Below, in pieces: positions 38,140-50,562 of a stretch of 64,000 bases of DNA. Below the pieces are notes generated by a model that saw only the letters and a program-made list of their open reading frames with translations, did not search any database and was not told the origin of the DNA. Origin of the DNA: Octopus sinensis (lineage: Eukaryota); assembly GCF_006345805.1 (NCBI RefSeq), contig NC_043005.1, forward strand, positions 15,066,001 to 15,130,000, read 5' to 3'. Every line of letters begins with the position of its first letter. The first letter of the stretch is position 1. The position numbers and the translations under genes were made by a program.

Positions 38140-40743
38140 GTGTATGTATATGTATGGGGAGAGTTCACGAAAAAAACAAAAGACGAAGACAGGTGGTGTA
38201 GAAAACAAACAGATGTATTAGTAAAATGTGTGTAGTGGCTAACGAATTTATCATGGTGACATATATATATATGTATGTATATGTTTCCGTGTACATATGT
38301 TTACATCTGTTTTGGTGCAGACACTGCTTGGACAGGTTGCAAAGATCCAACTCATTTCTGATTTGAAGTTATAATCCCCTTAGACAGGTTGAAGAACCAT
38401 AATCTCACTCATATATTCCTTTCTCAGTGTGATTTCTATGGCTGGATGATCATTCTATCATCAATCACTTTACAGAGAGTATTTAGTATATTTCAACATG
38501 GCACCAACACCTGAGAGGTTATCATGTCCCCAATAGCATTAAAGAGATCTCTTGACTCTGCAGTGACTAAATTTGTTCAAGATGGTGTGACTAAGAAGAG
38601 TAAATAGATAAGAGAGTGATGACAGTGTGTTGGTGAAAGAAGCAAGCGTTGGGAAAGCATAACTGCTCTGGAAGAGTAATGAAAGAGAGACAGTTATGTC
38701 AACTACACACTTATAAGTGTGAAAGTGAGATTCAGTAATGGAAAGTATAGAAATGGGCAATGGCAAAAAAAAGGGATTGATGTCATCAACAAATACTCTG
38801 TGAGGGAGTATTGGTAGGCAGCCAGCAAGAATAATACTGGGCCTTGTTATCACCAATAATATCTCCTTGCAATATCACCAATGATATCTCCTCACATTCC
38901 ATTCATTTTGAGTACTTGGCACTTCTTTATCCAGCTGTCATTTTTGCTTGCATCACATTTCCACATCAGTACAGTCTTCATTCTTGTCCACTTGTATCCA
39001 GTTTTTGTCTCAGCTCACTTTTGTATTCTGTAGTTCAATGCACACTAGCATTATACATCCTGTGAAGCATGTTTACAATTCTTTATCGTCTTTGAAAATC
39101 CTCTTCATTTAAAGTCCACATCTCACTGCCATGCAGCATTACTAGAATCTTACAATATAACTTTCATTCAGAGAAAGAAGCTTTTGTTGATAGCAAAAGT
39201 AATAGCTCCCTAAATTTTTGAAAACCTGTTCTTACACGAGCCACTATGCTTTCAAAACGTCCAATCCTGCTACTAATTAGGTGACCTAAATAACAAAACC
39301 TATCATCTCCCTGGGAACCTTTTTTTACATTTGAGAGAATCTCTTTCCCATGTGCTTCTGGAATTTATAACCTCTGTATACCTGTTGTATATGAATCCTA
39401 TCCTTTCTGTTTGTCTGTCTGTAATACCACTACATTACTTATGTGTTCATTGTTTAAACTGGGTACAATGATTAGAATTTCTCTTTAATCTTTTTCTGCA
39501 TATGGAGTGTGATCATTTCTCCAGTGATGCCAATATCTTGTCTTCTTTTCTTTTCTGCTTCTTACAGTTTTAGTCTTTGCTAAGTTTACTTTGAGGCTTC
39601 TTAATTCCAGCTTTTGCTTCAAAGCCTTCTCTAAATCTACTTCAGATTCAGCTATGAGGTTGTCAGCATATATGAGTTTAACCTGAACAGCTGGCCTTCA
39701 ACACCTCTTTTATGTCTTGGTTGGCTATAATTAGCAAAAAGGGACTGATAACTGAGATTTAATGAACCTCTATCTTCATACTATATTCATTACTGAATTC
39801 ATTGTTGATGCTCACTAACTGCACCACAGTACATGGGTTGTATGACCCTCACAAGCCATTTGTCTGCTCATCTCCTGACTTTCTTAGTGACATCAAACCA
39901 CAGTGAGAGACCTTGTCAAGCCCTTCTCTAAATTTGATTAATGCTAAGTACAGGAATTTACTCCTAACTAAGTACTTTTTCTGAAGTTGTCTCACCAGGA
40001 AAGAGCATTGATGGTATTTCTTCCAGGCACAAAATCAAACTGCATCTCATTCAGGCTAATCTTTTTCCATAATCAATTTTGCAATAACTCTTTCTGTAAT
40101 TTCCATAACCTAGTTCAACAATACAATGTCTCTTTGGTTGAAGTAAAAAGGAAGGAAATAGGAGAGAAAAAACTGTGGGAGGGGAAGGATGGAAAAGAAG
40201 AAAAGAGCTGAAAGGGGAGTGGATAGAGAAGGGAAGGAAGATGAATAAGGGAAAGCAAGGGAGAAAGGGAGAACATAGTGTTGAAAAGAGATATAGAGAA
40301 AGAGAGAGAAATACTTGGTCAATGGCAATAAAAGGGGAATAGGACAAAGAAGAAAAAGGAGCAAGAAGTGCAATGAAGGGCCGGACTATCCATAAAATTG
40401 ATTTTTGTGTGTGTGTGTGTGAAAACTGTTAGTAATGTACCATTGGATCATTACCTACGCAGACACACAGACACACACACACGCGTGCGCATACACACAC
40501 ACTATGAATTAAAGAATGAGTGATCATCACCATTCTGATGGATGAATAATTTCTTAGTAGAGTACTGTTAATATAACACTAATAATTGTCGCTATTACTC
40601 AAACCACAACCGAAAAAAATATTAACATGAAACCATTGGTAAACAGCACTCTACTATTAAAAGAAAAGATATATTTATATATATAATGTATATATGAATA
40701 TATGTGTGTGAGTGTGTGTATGTGTGTGTGTGTGTATGTAATG

Positions 40744-40779
<36 letters not shown>

Positions 40780-41208
40780 ATGATGATGATGAAGATATAG
40801 GTGCAGAAGTGGCTGTGTGGTAACTAGCTTGCTTATGAACCACATGGTTCTGGGTTCAGTCCCACTGCATGGCATCTTGGGCCAAGTGTCTTCCACTATA
40901 GCCTTGGGCCGAACAAAGCCTTGTGAATGGATTTGGTAAACGGAAACTGAAAGAAGCCTGTCATGTATATGTATATATATATATATATGTGTATATGTAT
41001 TTGTGTGTCTGTGTTTGTTCCCCCAACATTGCTTGACAACCGATGCTGGTGTGTTTACGTCCCCATAACTTAGCAGTTTGGCAAAAGTGACCGATAGAAT
41101 AAGTACTAGGCTTACAAAGAATAAGTCCTGGAGTCGATTTGCTCGACTAAAGGCGGTGCTCCAGCATGGCCACAGTCAAATGACTGAAACATGTAAAAGA
41201 GCATATGC

Positions 41209-41274
<66 letters not shown>

Positions 41275-44200
41275 GTGTGTGTGTGTGTATTCTTGATTAC
41301 TGTTTTCTGGAAAAGATTTCTTTAACTATTTGTTTACTTTTGGAACTCTCTGTTTCCAGTGTGATGTTCTACAACTATGCTGGAGGTGTCATTGCTATCA
41401 ACAGGGAAAATGTAAAGAAGATCAATGGTTATTCCAACTTCTACTGGGGCTGGGGAAATGAAGATGATGACCTCTCAGCACGGTGAGTCTTTTACTGTTC
41501 TTGTTGTTCTTTAATTTCAGGTCATTTCAGGTCAAGTAAAATTATGCTCAAAGCTATTCAAGATATATTGTATCTAGGATTACACTATTCACATTATTCA
41601 ATGTGCCTTTTATTTTTTTTCTAAATGAAGAAACTATTTGCTAATTTGTTACAAATTGCTATTTGTTGCAAATTAGCAAACATTTGCAGTTTTTCTTGTT
41701 GGTTTACTTTTTTACCTTGTTATAACTGTTATTTAGTCTTTGGTCATCACTGATCCGGCACACAACCAAATGCACTCCTACCATGACCATTCCATTCTTT
41801 TTAAGGATATCTTGGACTGCATTATTGAGAGTTTGCTTCCTTTATTCTATATAATACAGTCAAGAGAGAATAAGATTTGACTACTAATTCTAGCAAGTCA
41901 GGAAAACATGTAGAAGCTCCCATGTCTTTTACCTTTATTTCATAATGGCTTAATCAGAGGTGAAAGGCTAGCATTCAGAATCATTCTGAAACCGATAAGA
42001 TGAAGGAAGGACATTATCTTCTGACCAGAGACTTGGTTAAAAAGCTTGCAAGAAAGTAGACTCTGCTAAAGACATCTATGGGCCAGGTGGTGCTACTAAA
42101 TTACATGACAGATTAAGTCTGCATGTGATACAGTCTTTCCTTACCATTCTGAATCCTGACTGGTACTGTATCAGTCACATCTAATATTTCACCAGCTGCA
42201 CTCTATATTTATCCGGCCCCCGTGCCGGTGGCATGTAAAAAGCACCATCCATTCGTGGCTGTTGCCAGCCTTGCCTGGCCTCCATGCCGGTGGCACGTAA
42301 AAAGCACCATCCGATCGTGGTCGTTTGCCAGCCTCACCTGGCACCTGTGCCGGTGGTACGTAAAAAGCACCCACTACACTCAAGGAGTGGTTGGCGTTAG
42401 GAAGGGCATCCAGCCGTAGAAACATTGCCAGATCAAACTGGGACTGGTGCAGCCTTCTGGCTTCCCAGACCCCAGTTGAACTGTCCAACCCATGGAAAGC
42501 GGATGCTAAACGATGATGATGATATCACCAACAGCACTAGTGCTAAGATGTATTATCCCTTACCCTTTGCTTGGACAACATAAGCGGGATGGAGAGAGGA
42601 GACCTCCTGCATTGGTAATTGCTGGTGGTTCTGTAAAAACTTGCCTGGCCTGTATCCCTGGAGATGAAACTCTCTTCTCCCACAGTCTGCAGCAAGGTTT
42701 CCCAGGTATAGTCTTATTGTCTCACAAAATATACTAGTACCAAAGAGATGAGAAGAGAAAAATAGTTAGGGTTTATTTCAGTAGATCTAGTGATCTAGGG
42801 GCCTATGATTTTCCCACTCAGCTATCAGTTTCACACACACACATGCACACACTCTAAGGGTAAACACTGTATTTCAAAATGAATCTGATAAATGATTTTG
42901 CTTTCACCTTTTGTGCTTTTTTTTACTCTAGGACAAAGAGTGCTGGATTACTACTAACAAGGCCACCGGAATACATTGGCAGATATAAAATGGTTCGGCA
43001 TGTGAAAGACAGTCGAGCAGAACATGGGTAAATGCTGAAATATTTATGCACACACACACACACACACACATGCATGCACATACACACACGTGCATACACA
43101 TGCACACACATACATGCACATGCACACATATACATGCATGTGTATGCACACATGCATGCACACACACACACAGAGCAGCAGCAGCAAGGAAACAGATAAA
43201 CTGGTGCTTTCAAACAAAATTATTATGTTGTGATATTTATTCTGTTGGTGTTTCACAGCCTTCTTTGTCATTTTCACCTAAAAATTTCTGTGAACTTGTG
43301 ACTGGCTCATTGGAAATTTTTAACCAATGACACTATTCTTCCCAAAAAACATGATATAAAACAAATTGAAAAAAAATTTTTTTCACAAGAAAGTTTGGCA
43401 TTTTATGAAGAAACCGTTATCTTTTAGAACTAACGTATGTTCTACAATACTAAGCGTAACATTTTTCCCCATTGCAGTTCAGCATTTTTTCTCATTGCCA
43501 AAACGTAGACAAACTTTTAAATTCTAAAATTCTACATGTATAGGCACAGGCATGGCTGTGTGGTAAGAAGCTTGCTTCCCAATCACATGGTTCTAGGATC
43601 AGTCCTACCTTGGGCAAGTGTCTTCTACTATAACCTCAGGCTGACCAAAGCCTTGTGAATGGATTTGGTAGATGGAAGCTGAAAGAAGCCTGTCATGTGT
43701 GTGTGTGTGTGTGTGTGTGCATGCATGCGTGTGTGCATGCATGTGTGTGTATGCATGCATCGTCTGCCAGCCTCGTCTGGCACCTGTGTCGGTGGCACAT
43801 AAAAACACCATCCGAGCGTGGCCGTTCGCCAGCCTCGTCTGGCACCTGTCGGTGGCCCATAAAATCACCCACTACACTCTCGGAGCAGTTGGCGTTAGGA
43901 AGGGCATCCAGCTGTAGAAACATTGCCAGATCCGACTGGCCTGGTGCAACCTTCGGGCTCCCCAAACCCCAGTTGAACTGTCCAACCCATGCTAGCATGG
44001 AAAGCGGACGTTAAATGATGATGATGATGATGATGATGATGATGTGTGTGTGCATGTTTGTATGTGTTTCTCCTCCAACACTGCTTGGCAACTGATGTCA
44101 GTCTGTTTACATCCCTATAACTTAGCAGTTTGGCAAAAGAGGCTGATAAAATAAATACTAGGCTTAAAAAGAAAATAAGTGCTGAAGACAAGTCATTCAA

Positions 44201-45016
44201 CTAAAGGTTCTTCGAGGTGATGCCCCAGCATGGCCACAGTCTAATAACTAAAACAAGTAAAAAAGAAAAAAAATATATGTACTCTCATATGCAAGTTTGT
44301 GTGTGTGTGTGCATGCAATCTTTAATGCATGTTATGTGTTTCTGTGGGAATTTGGAGTTTTCATGTAACATGTATGTATTCTTGCATGCATATTAATGTA
44401 TGTCTGTTTGTCAGGGTGCGTTATTGTTTTGCCCTAAACTAATTCTGAACAAGCATACTTATGATCAAAATCATTACAGCCATGAATGTCGGGTATGTCC
44501 AGTTGGGGTACCTAGAACTAACCTAATTATTTAATCCTTTTTTTTTAAAGATTGTGGGTATTGACTTAAAAGAGATTTGGCTGCTGTTTAGAAATGGTCA
44601 AGCAACTTCATAGAGGCAGCCTTGCTGTTAGTGTATGTGTGTTTATATGCTTATGTGTATGTGTGCAAGCATGCATACACACAGATACCTGACTATCAAT
44701 GTCATCAAGTGAAAACTAACTCTAGGTTTATTCTTGCAGAAACGAACTATTCTTAAGTTGGCGGAGTCGGTGGTCAGCTGATGGCTTGAATGACCATGAA
44801 GGAATGAATTATACAGTTGTGGCTAGGGATAATAGACCACTCTATACCAACATCACGGTTAATATTGGTACAAGCACAGTTCCCAAGAAGCAGCCAACCA
44901 ACCCAGTCCAAGAGAGTCTTTGGTGGTATGTATTAAAACCTTTAGAACCTGGACAAGGGTTTTCATCTTTTAATTTACCATTCAGGGTTAATAAAGTCGT
45001 CTTTTCCTCTGCTTAA
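24761..45016 (+). CDS. GT7-family glycosyltransferase (beta-1,4-galactosyltransferase / beta-1,4-N-acetylgalactosaminyltransferase bre-4-like); spliced CDS join(24761..24953,33285..33517,37236..37423,41360..41482,42932..43027,44740..45016), 369 aa
   Basis: Six exons with GT-AG boundaries and matching phases (1,0,2,2,2) give one open frame. It contains an N-terminal type II signal anchor and the GT7 motifs in the expected order: [38 protein letters not shown] (DxD), [30 protein letters not shown] and [11 protein letters not shown]. Confidence 0.93.
25230..25612 (-). mobile_element. SINE family A with a short inverted head piece
   Basis: Family A body; GGTTCAGTCCCACTG at 25588 is the reverse complement of CAGTGGGACTGAACC at 25555. 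Confidence 0.85.
26698..27350. mobile_element. Possible Tigger/pogo-like MITE
   Basis: TA-CAGTAATATTTCAC at the left end and an imperfect complement TGAGGCATTACT at the right end, cut by a SINE. Confidence 0.35.
27347..27684 (-). mobile_element. SINE family A (head missing)
   Basis: Family A tail and body, truncated after GAAGAC. Confidence 0.85.
28620..28927 (-). mobile_element. SINE family C head with a family D-like tail
   Basis: Family C head; tail GAAACCGGGCCCATGGGCCTGGCTAGGCTT is shared with 6900-7393. Confidence 0.75.
29393..29804 (+). mobile_element. SINE family A
   Basis: AGGAGTGGCTGTGTGGTAAG...GGTTCAGTCCC head through the GAGTAAAGAG tail. Confidence 0.9.
29808..31395. mobile_element. 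Non-autonomous DNA transposon with 15-bp perfect TIR, superfamily unassigned
   Basis: GGATCTTTTCAGTTT at 29808 and AAACTGAAAAGATCC ending at 31395, with imperfect similarity extending inward; contains a nested SINE. Confidence 0.7.
30181..30484 (+). mobile_element. SINE family C-related, tail type 3, with 13-bp TSD
   Basis: tRNA-like head; ACTGGGCAAAATG at 30168-30180 and 30485-30497. Confidence 0.85.
32173..33100 (-). mobile_element. 5'-truncated RTE LINE: ORF end plus long 3' UTR and (GAT)n tail
   Basis: Minus-strand [43 protein letters not shown] (RTE C-terminus) runs into the common 3' UTR repeat; ~230-bp internal tandem duplication. Confidence 0.8.
33285..33517 (+). CDS. GT7 gene, coding exon 2
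   Basis: TTTAG acceptor; encodes [78 protein letters not shown]; donor CAG|GTGGGT, phase 0. Confidence 0.93.
33858..34093 (-). mobile_element. SINE family B
   Basis: Near-identical to 10957-11191. Confidence 0.88.
34419..34691. repeat. Long imperfect (TA)n microsatellite
   Basis: About 270 bp of TA repeats. Confidence 0.95.
35528..36011. mobile_element. pogo/Tigger-type MITE with TA TSD
   Basis: TA-CCGTAAATCCTCGAGTATA ... TATACTTGAGGATTTATGG-TA terminal inverted repeats. Confidence 0.75.
36746..37160 (-). mobile_element. SINE family A just upstream of exon 3
   Basis: Full-length family A sequence. Confidence 0.9.
37236..37423 (+). CDS. GT7 gene, coding exon 3 (DxD metal-binding motif)
   Basis: TTTAG acceptor; encodes [62 protein letters not shown]; donor CA|GTTAGT, phase 2. 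Confidence 0.94.
37626..38064 (-). mobile_element. RTE-LINE 3' UTR fragment with about five ~60-bp tandem units
   Basis: (ATC)n tail, conserved body, then repeated GGTGCTTTTACGTG(C/T)CACC...GCTGGCAAACGG units. Confidence 0.82.
38860..40110 (-). mobile_element. Degraded RTE-like LINE reverse-transcriptase region
   Basis: Minus-strand remnants [13 protein letters not shown] and YADNLIA-like; heavily mutated. Confidence 0.55.
40798..41201 (+). mobile_element. SINE family A
   Basis: Full-length family A sequence in sense orientation. Confidence 0.88.
41360..41482 (+). CDS. GT7 gene, coding exon 4 (WGWGxEDDD catalytic loop)
   Basis: TTTCCAG acceptor; encodes (H)[40 protein letters not shown](R); donor CG|GTGAGT, phase 2. 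Confidence 0.95.
42215..42522 (+). mobile_element. RTE-LINE 3' UTR fragment
   Basis: Same family as 776-1158, ending in GATGATGATGAT. Confidence 0.8.
42932..43027 (+). CDS. GT7 gene, coding exon 5 (MxxH metal ligand, long flexible loop)
   Basis: Long T tract and CTAG acceptor; encodes [31 protein letters not shown](G); donor GG|GTAAAT, phase 2. Too short to appear in the ORF track. Confidence 0.92.
43541..44265 (+). mobile_element. SINE family A with an RTE 3' UTR copy (43761-44043) nested in its microsatellite
   Basis: Head at 43541-43695 and tail at 44045-44265, separated by the RTE 3' UTR repeat. Confidence 0.78.
44740..45016 (+). CDS. GT7 gene, coding exon 6 (C-terminal); may instead end at an internal donor after 44925
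   Basis: TTCTTGCAG acceptor; encodes [45 protein letters not shown]... to TAA at 45016. A strong internal donor TG|GTATGT lies at 44925/44926. Confidence 0.85.
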
Positions 45017-45454
45017 AAGTCGCAAATTATGATATCATTAGATATTAATTTGCAAAATATCTAAATGTGAATATGCTGCAGAGTCAGTTACTGTGCAAGA
45101 TATCATCTGCAGGTCTAGACATCAGTTTCATAGCAAAAGTGAGAGTCTCTGTATGATAGGGTTGTGTTACTATATTATGACTCTTGAGTCATAATATAGT
45201 GATTTCTTTCATTATCATGATGGGTGGGATGGATTAGGTGATAGTTGAATAAACAAACACCAGTGCATGACTGGTATTTACTCCATTATTGATCCTGAAA
45301 GAATGAAAGGTAGTGTTGATTCCTGTGGGATTTGAATTCAAAATCTAAAGGACAAGAAAACTAAACGCCGTTCTGTATTTTGTCCAACACAATACTATTT
45401 TTGTGTCAATCATATTTTCAAATAGATACATACTTACACATGCACATGTATGTA

Positions 45455-45883
45455 GGACATGTAGCAAGAATGGAAGAGTCAAGGTTCCCATGCCAAGTCT
45501 TATTCAGTAAGCTCACTTCAGGAAGAAAACCACAGGGTTGCCCTCTTTGAAGATACAAGGACCAAATCAAAGCAACACTGGAAGCCACTGGAATTGAGCT
45601 TAAATTGTTTGAGACACAAGCCCAAGATCGTAACAAGTGGTGGTGTCCCATCACCATTGGAACCAAAAACTTCAAAGCCACCAGAAGAGCAAAGGAAGAA
45701 ATCAAATGCCAGGTGAAAAAGACTTGACAAAATCAACTTCGTCCTCCACCAACATTGCCATGCAGTCAATGCCATTGATGCTTCTATGCAAGAATTGGCC
45801 TACAGAGTCATCAATGACATCACCATAAAGAAAGCATCCAGCAAAGAAGAAAATGAATTCTCAGATACAAGCTAAAGCCACCG

Positions 45884-45885
<2 letters not shown>
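45455..45885 (+). mobile_element. RTE-clade LINE 3' ORF fragment
   Basis: GHVARMEESRFPCQVLFSKLTSGRKPQGCPL*RYKDQIKATL. Confidence 0.65.
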
Positions 45886-45925
<40 letters not shown>

Positions 45926-46193
45926 GAAATTGGACCAATACGGTAATAACAAATTTTTTAGAGATTTCTATCGGTTTGTTTTGAGACGCATAAATTATAA
46001 TGGTTATCGGCAATTTTTGGTTTCGGCGTATTTGGCATTAGAATTTTTCTTTTGCCCTTATCTTGTAAATTATTTATAAATTTAACCTTTAAAGGTATTT
46101 TTTGATATGCTGGCCATTGATAAAATTTTTTTTCCCGAAAAAAATTTTATCCTACATTAGTTATATATATATATATTTATATATATATATATA

Positions 46194-46439
46194 TAGTATT
46201 AATAAAATTGGAGATGGAATGTGTATTAGACTTTATTAAGTACAACACATGTTTCAACCCATTGTTTTGGGTCTCTTCGGTTACATCAATAAAAAAGTCA
46301 CACTAGAGATTTCTTGTGTTGGTTTGCTTACTGTTATTTGTCCATCAAACACGAAGAGACCCAGAACGACGGGTTGAAACATGTGTTGTACTTAATAACA
46401 TCTAATACACATTCCATCTTCTATTTTATTAATGCTGTT
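46194..46439. mobile_element. Palindromic Penelope-derived element with hammerhead-like relics in both arms
   Basis: ~88-bp inverted arms (46194-46281, 46352-46439), each with CGAAGA-GACCC..GGGTT-GAAACATGT; adjacent to (TA)n. Confidence 0.55.
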
Positions 46440-46532
46440 ACTCAAACTGCCACTGAAAAGTTCCTGGAATAAATCTATGGATAACAACAGTTAACCTAAA
46501 CTCATCATCTGTTTATACATTTTGTATGACCT

Positions 46533-47001
46533 ATCATCATCATTATCATCGTTTAACGTCCGCTTTCCATGCTAGCATGGGTTGGACGGTTCAACTGGGG
46601 TCTGGGAAGCCTGAAGGCTGCACCAGGCCAGTCAGATCTGGCAGTGTTTCTACAGCTGGATGCCCTTCCTAACACCAACAACTCTGAGAGTATAGTGGGT
46701 GCTTTTATGTGCCACCGGCACGAGGGCCAGTTAGGCGGTACTGGCAACAGCCACGCTCAAATGGTGTTTTTTACATGCCACTTTCACAAGAGCCAGTCCA
46801 GCGGCACTAGCAATGACCTCGCTCAAATATCTTTTCACGTAGCACCGGCACAAGTGCCAGTAAGGCGACGCTGGTAATGATCACACTCAAACGATGCCTT
46901 ATGTGCCACCAGCATGGAAGCCAGTTAGTTGCTCTGGCAACGATCATGCTCAGATGGTGCTCTTAGCTCACACCTAGCATGGATGTGTCCCGCTAGCACA
47001 G
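46533..47001 (-). mobile_element. RTE-LINE 3' UTR fragment
   Basis: (ATC)n tail and conserved body. Confidence 0.78.
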
Positions 47002-47013
47002 ATGATATATATA

Positions 47014-47100
<87 letters not shown>

Positions 47101-47814
47101 GCATATATATATATATATATATATGCATACACACACACATACACACACTATTTTTGGCTTGGTTTCTATGACTCGATGTCCTTCTGATCACCAACCACTT
47201 TACAGAAATGTACTCGATATATTTTGTTACGGCATCAGCAAACAGTGTTGCCTTGCATATTTTAAACATAACGAATACTCACTACTTTAAGAAGAGTGTG
47301 TTCACTCATTGTAATGCAACCAAGTAGGAGTGAGATAGAGAGTGATAGTAGAAGCAAAACCTGACTGGGTGAGTGAAGGAAGCAAGAGAATGATAGCAGA
47401 AAGAGAAAGTCAGAGTGAAGAGGGTAGAGAGAGTGATGAGTAGTAGTATAGGGGGACAGAGGCAAGAGTAAGTAATGGATGGCAATGAATCTACAGAAGC
47501 AGGCCCAAAACAGTTTCTTATAGATGGACATCATGACGATGAGCAAGAGAGGTAGAGTGATGAGAATTATGGTAGGAATTCTTGAATATAGGTAGCTCAT
47601 ATGCCATTCATCATTATACAAGTGGCACAAGTAATAGAAAGATATCACACACTCATTCTCTCTCTCTCTGTATATGTGTGTGTGTGTCTGTGTATCATCA
47701 TCATCATTATCATCATCATCATTATTTAACAACCATTGTCCATGCTGGCATGGGTTGGATAATGTGACCAGAGGTGCCAAGCTGAGCACAGTGGAGGCGT
47801 GACTGCACCAGGCT

Positions 47815-47856
<42 letters not shown>

Positions 47857-48735
47857 GCACATGTATAAGAAAAAATATTGAGCAGTAGTATAAAAATTGA
47901 AATTGCATTTCATGTGACTTCATTGGTGAAAAAGAATAACCCATTTATGATTATCTGTTTTCATCTAGGTGTATACAGTACACTCAGCTGTATAAATAAT
48001 GTTTAATGTTAATGTATAAACATATGTGTGTAGGGGTGTAGATGTTACAGATTTCAGTGGTGATTCATGTAGTAAGTAGAAAAAGTAAAATGTTTAGCTT
48101 CATTCATGTTATATATTAGTATTTCTCCCCCCATTTTAGATGTATTTCTTACATATTTTGTTTGGTACTATATCCAGACATCTCCCAGATTCAATACTAG
48201 CCAAACTCAGGAATGATAAATAAGAGAATCGAAATCAGTGACTGAGAACCTTCTTTAAATGTTAATAGAGGTATTTAAAGAGGATTTAAAAGGCATAACT
48301 TTTTTTCTCTCCATTAAAGATATTGTATATAAGAAAATGATATTCTTAGTTTTAAATTTCCCTTTTCAGAAAGTACCAGAAAAATCCATAGCCTATGACC
48401 TTCTTGAAACAATGTGCTTCTATGCAAAATTTCAACTGCTTAGACGTGAAATTGTGACTTACTTCTTAGAATGTACATTCATTCACATTTGCATATTATG
48501 ATAATTTTCTCCTATCAAACACAAAGTAGACTCTCATGCAATTTTTGTATTTTGTCCTTGTAATGTTCCACATCTGTTACTCTTGTGGTGATAAAAGAAA
48601 TTATTATCATTACACATATTATATTGTATTTCAAGAGTGAAAAACTTGTAAGAAAAAAGTGGGGGCATAAAAAACAAAACTAGCTCAGACAAAAAGCAAA
48701 CAAGAGGATGAAATGACTTCCAGCATCTTATATAA

Positions 48736-48789
<54 letters not shown>

Positions 48790-48834
48790 TGTGTGTGTGT
48801 GTAGTTGGTTGAAAAGTAACACACAAGTTGATAT

Positions 48835-50525
48835 GTATAAGGAATATAGGACAAGGTAGAAAATACTGAAATAATAACTTAGAGTAAAGCATGAAAAACA
48901 ATTAAATTGTGGAAAAATTAAATGAAATGTTTTTTTGGTATGAAAGTATAGAGAAACTTAAAGAATTTCAAGCACTTATAAACGGACTTGACATAAACAT
49001 TCAATTTACGATAGAATATAGCCATCGACAACTTCCATTCCCCAACATCCACATTAAGAAATCCAACAACAAAATAGAAACAGATATATACTACAAGCTC
49101 ACAGACTCCAAGCAATATTTACTGTTCAGCTCATGCTATCCCAGACACACTAGAATGAATATCCCCTTCAACCTGGCAAAAAGGATTTGTACTATAGTTT
49201 CTAATACAAACATCAGGGACACATGACTACATGAACTAAAGGATACACTCATCACCAGGAACTACCCATCATCACTAATTGATATAGGCTTACAACTCAA
49301 CATCCGCAAACCCAGACATCCCAAACAAAAGAAGGATTTACAAGCAAAAGCCTTACCATACATATCCACACACAACCCCTTTAACAATGAAGCCTTCGAT
49401 GCCATCCCCCAGAACATTCCTCTACTAAAAAGGGACCACAGAATGAATTTAATGCTCCAAATGCACACTATTGTAAAGAGTAAAAGACAACCCAAGTCAA
49501 TGAAAAGTCTCTTAACACAAGCCCAGATACACTTGGCAACAACACTGAAGCTGTCAGTAAAAAAATGCAGAAGACCTAACTGTGGTATATGAATCAACCT
49601 AATTGAGAGTTTTCCTTCAAAGAGTTTTCCTTCAAACAAGGTCAGTGTTTTACAATGAAAAACAACTTCACGTGAGCTTCAGCAAACCTAATATATGTAT
49701 TAACTTGCTCAAGATGTAGAAAGCAATACATAAGCCAAACCAAAAACAGTCTACACCAAAGGAAGACTCTACATAGATCCCAGATTAAAATTTGGGAATT
49801 CAGAAAAATAGCATTCAGTGGACACATCAACATTTGCACCTGTAATGAACAACCCAACTTCAGAATTTTTTCGTCCTGTAAATTCAGGGATGATGCAACC
49901 TATAATCAATGCATTAGCAAGGAGTCGTGTTTTATCGCAAAATATAACCCCTTTTGAATGCTTCCATCACAAATGACACTACTTCACTACCCACACAAAT
50001 ATTTAAAATGATATATTCAGAACAGTCACTACCCATGAATTTATTCAGAACAATTCCAATCACTACAACAGGTCACTTTTAGGTCACTTGACCATTAAAA
50101 AGGACTCCATCCACAACCTACTACTGTCATACAACTCCTGTTTTTCCTTATATTTTAATTCTTCTTCTTCTTCTTCTTCCTCCTCCTCCTCCCCCTTCTC
50201 TTCTCCTCCGCTACTGCTGCTTAAACAATCAAAACCAAGAACCCACATCTCTCATATCAAATATTTCTTCAGATCTGTTACAACCTACCTACTTACCTAT
50301 CTACTGAGCGTTCACAAAAGTAAAAGAGAGACAGAAAAGCGGAAAATGACCTATCTATTTGAAGACTATGGAAATATTTAAAAAAAACATTTCACTTCAT
50401 TTTTCTACAATTTAATTATTTTTCATGCATTACTCTAAGTTGAAAAAGTTACAAATACTGAAGCCAGTATTAAAATGTTGTTCATGATAAAAATTATTTT
50501 AGCATGTTCTACCTTGTCCTATTTT

Positions 50526-50535
<10 letters not shown>
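48835..50535 (+). mobile_element. Penelope-like element relic (RT C-terminus plus GIY-YIG endonuclease) with an inverted pseudo-LTR fragment at the 5' end
   Basis: NIQFTIEYSHRQLPF...IETDIYYKLTDSKQYLLFSSCYPRH (PLE RT thumb), CRRPNCGI and ANLIYVLTCSRCRKQYISQT (GIY-YIG). 48835-48936 is an internally deleted reverse complement of about 50380-50535. Confidence 0.85.
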
Positions 50536-50560
<25 letters not shown>

Positions 50561-50562
<2 letters not shown>

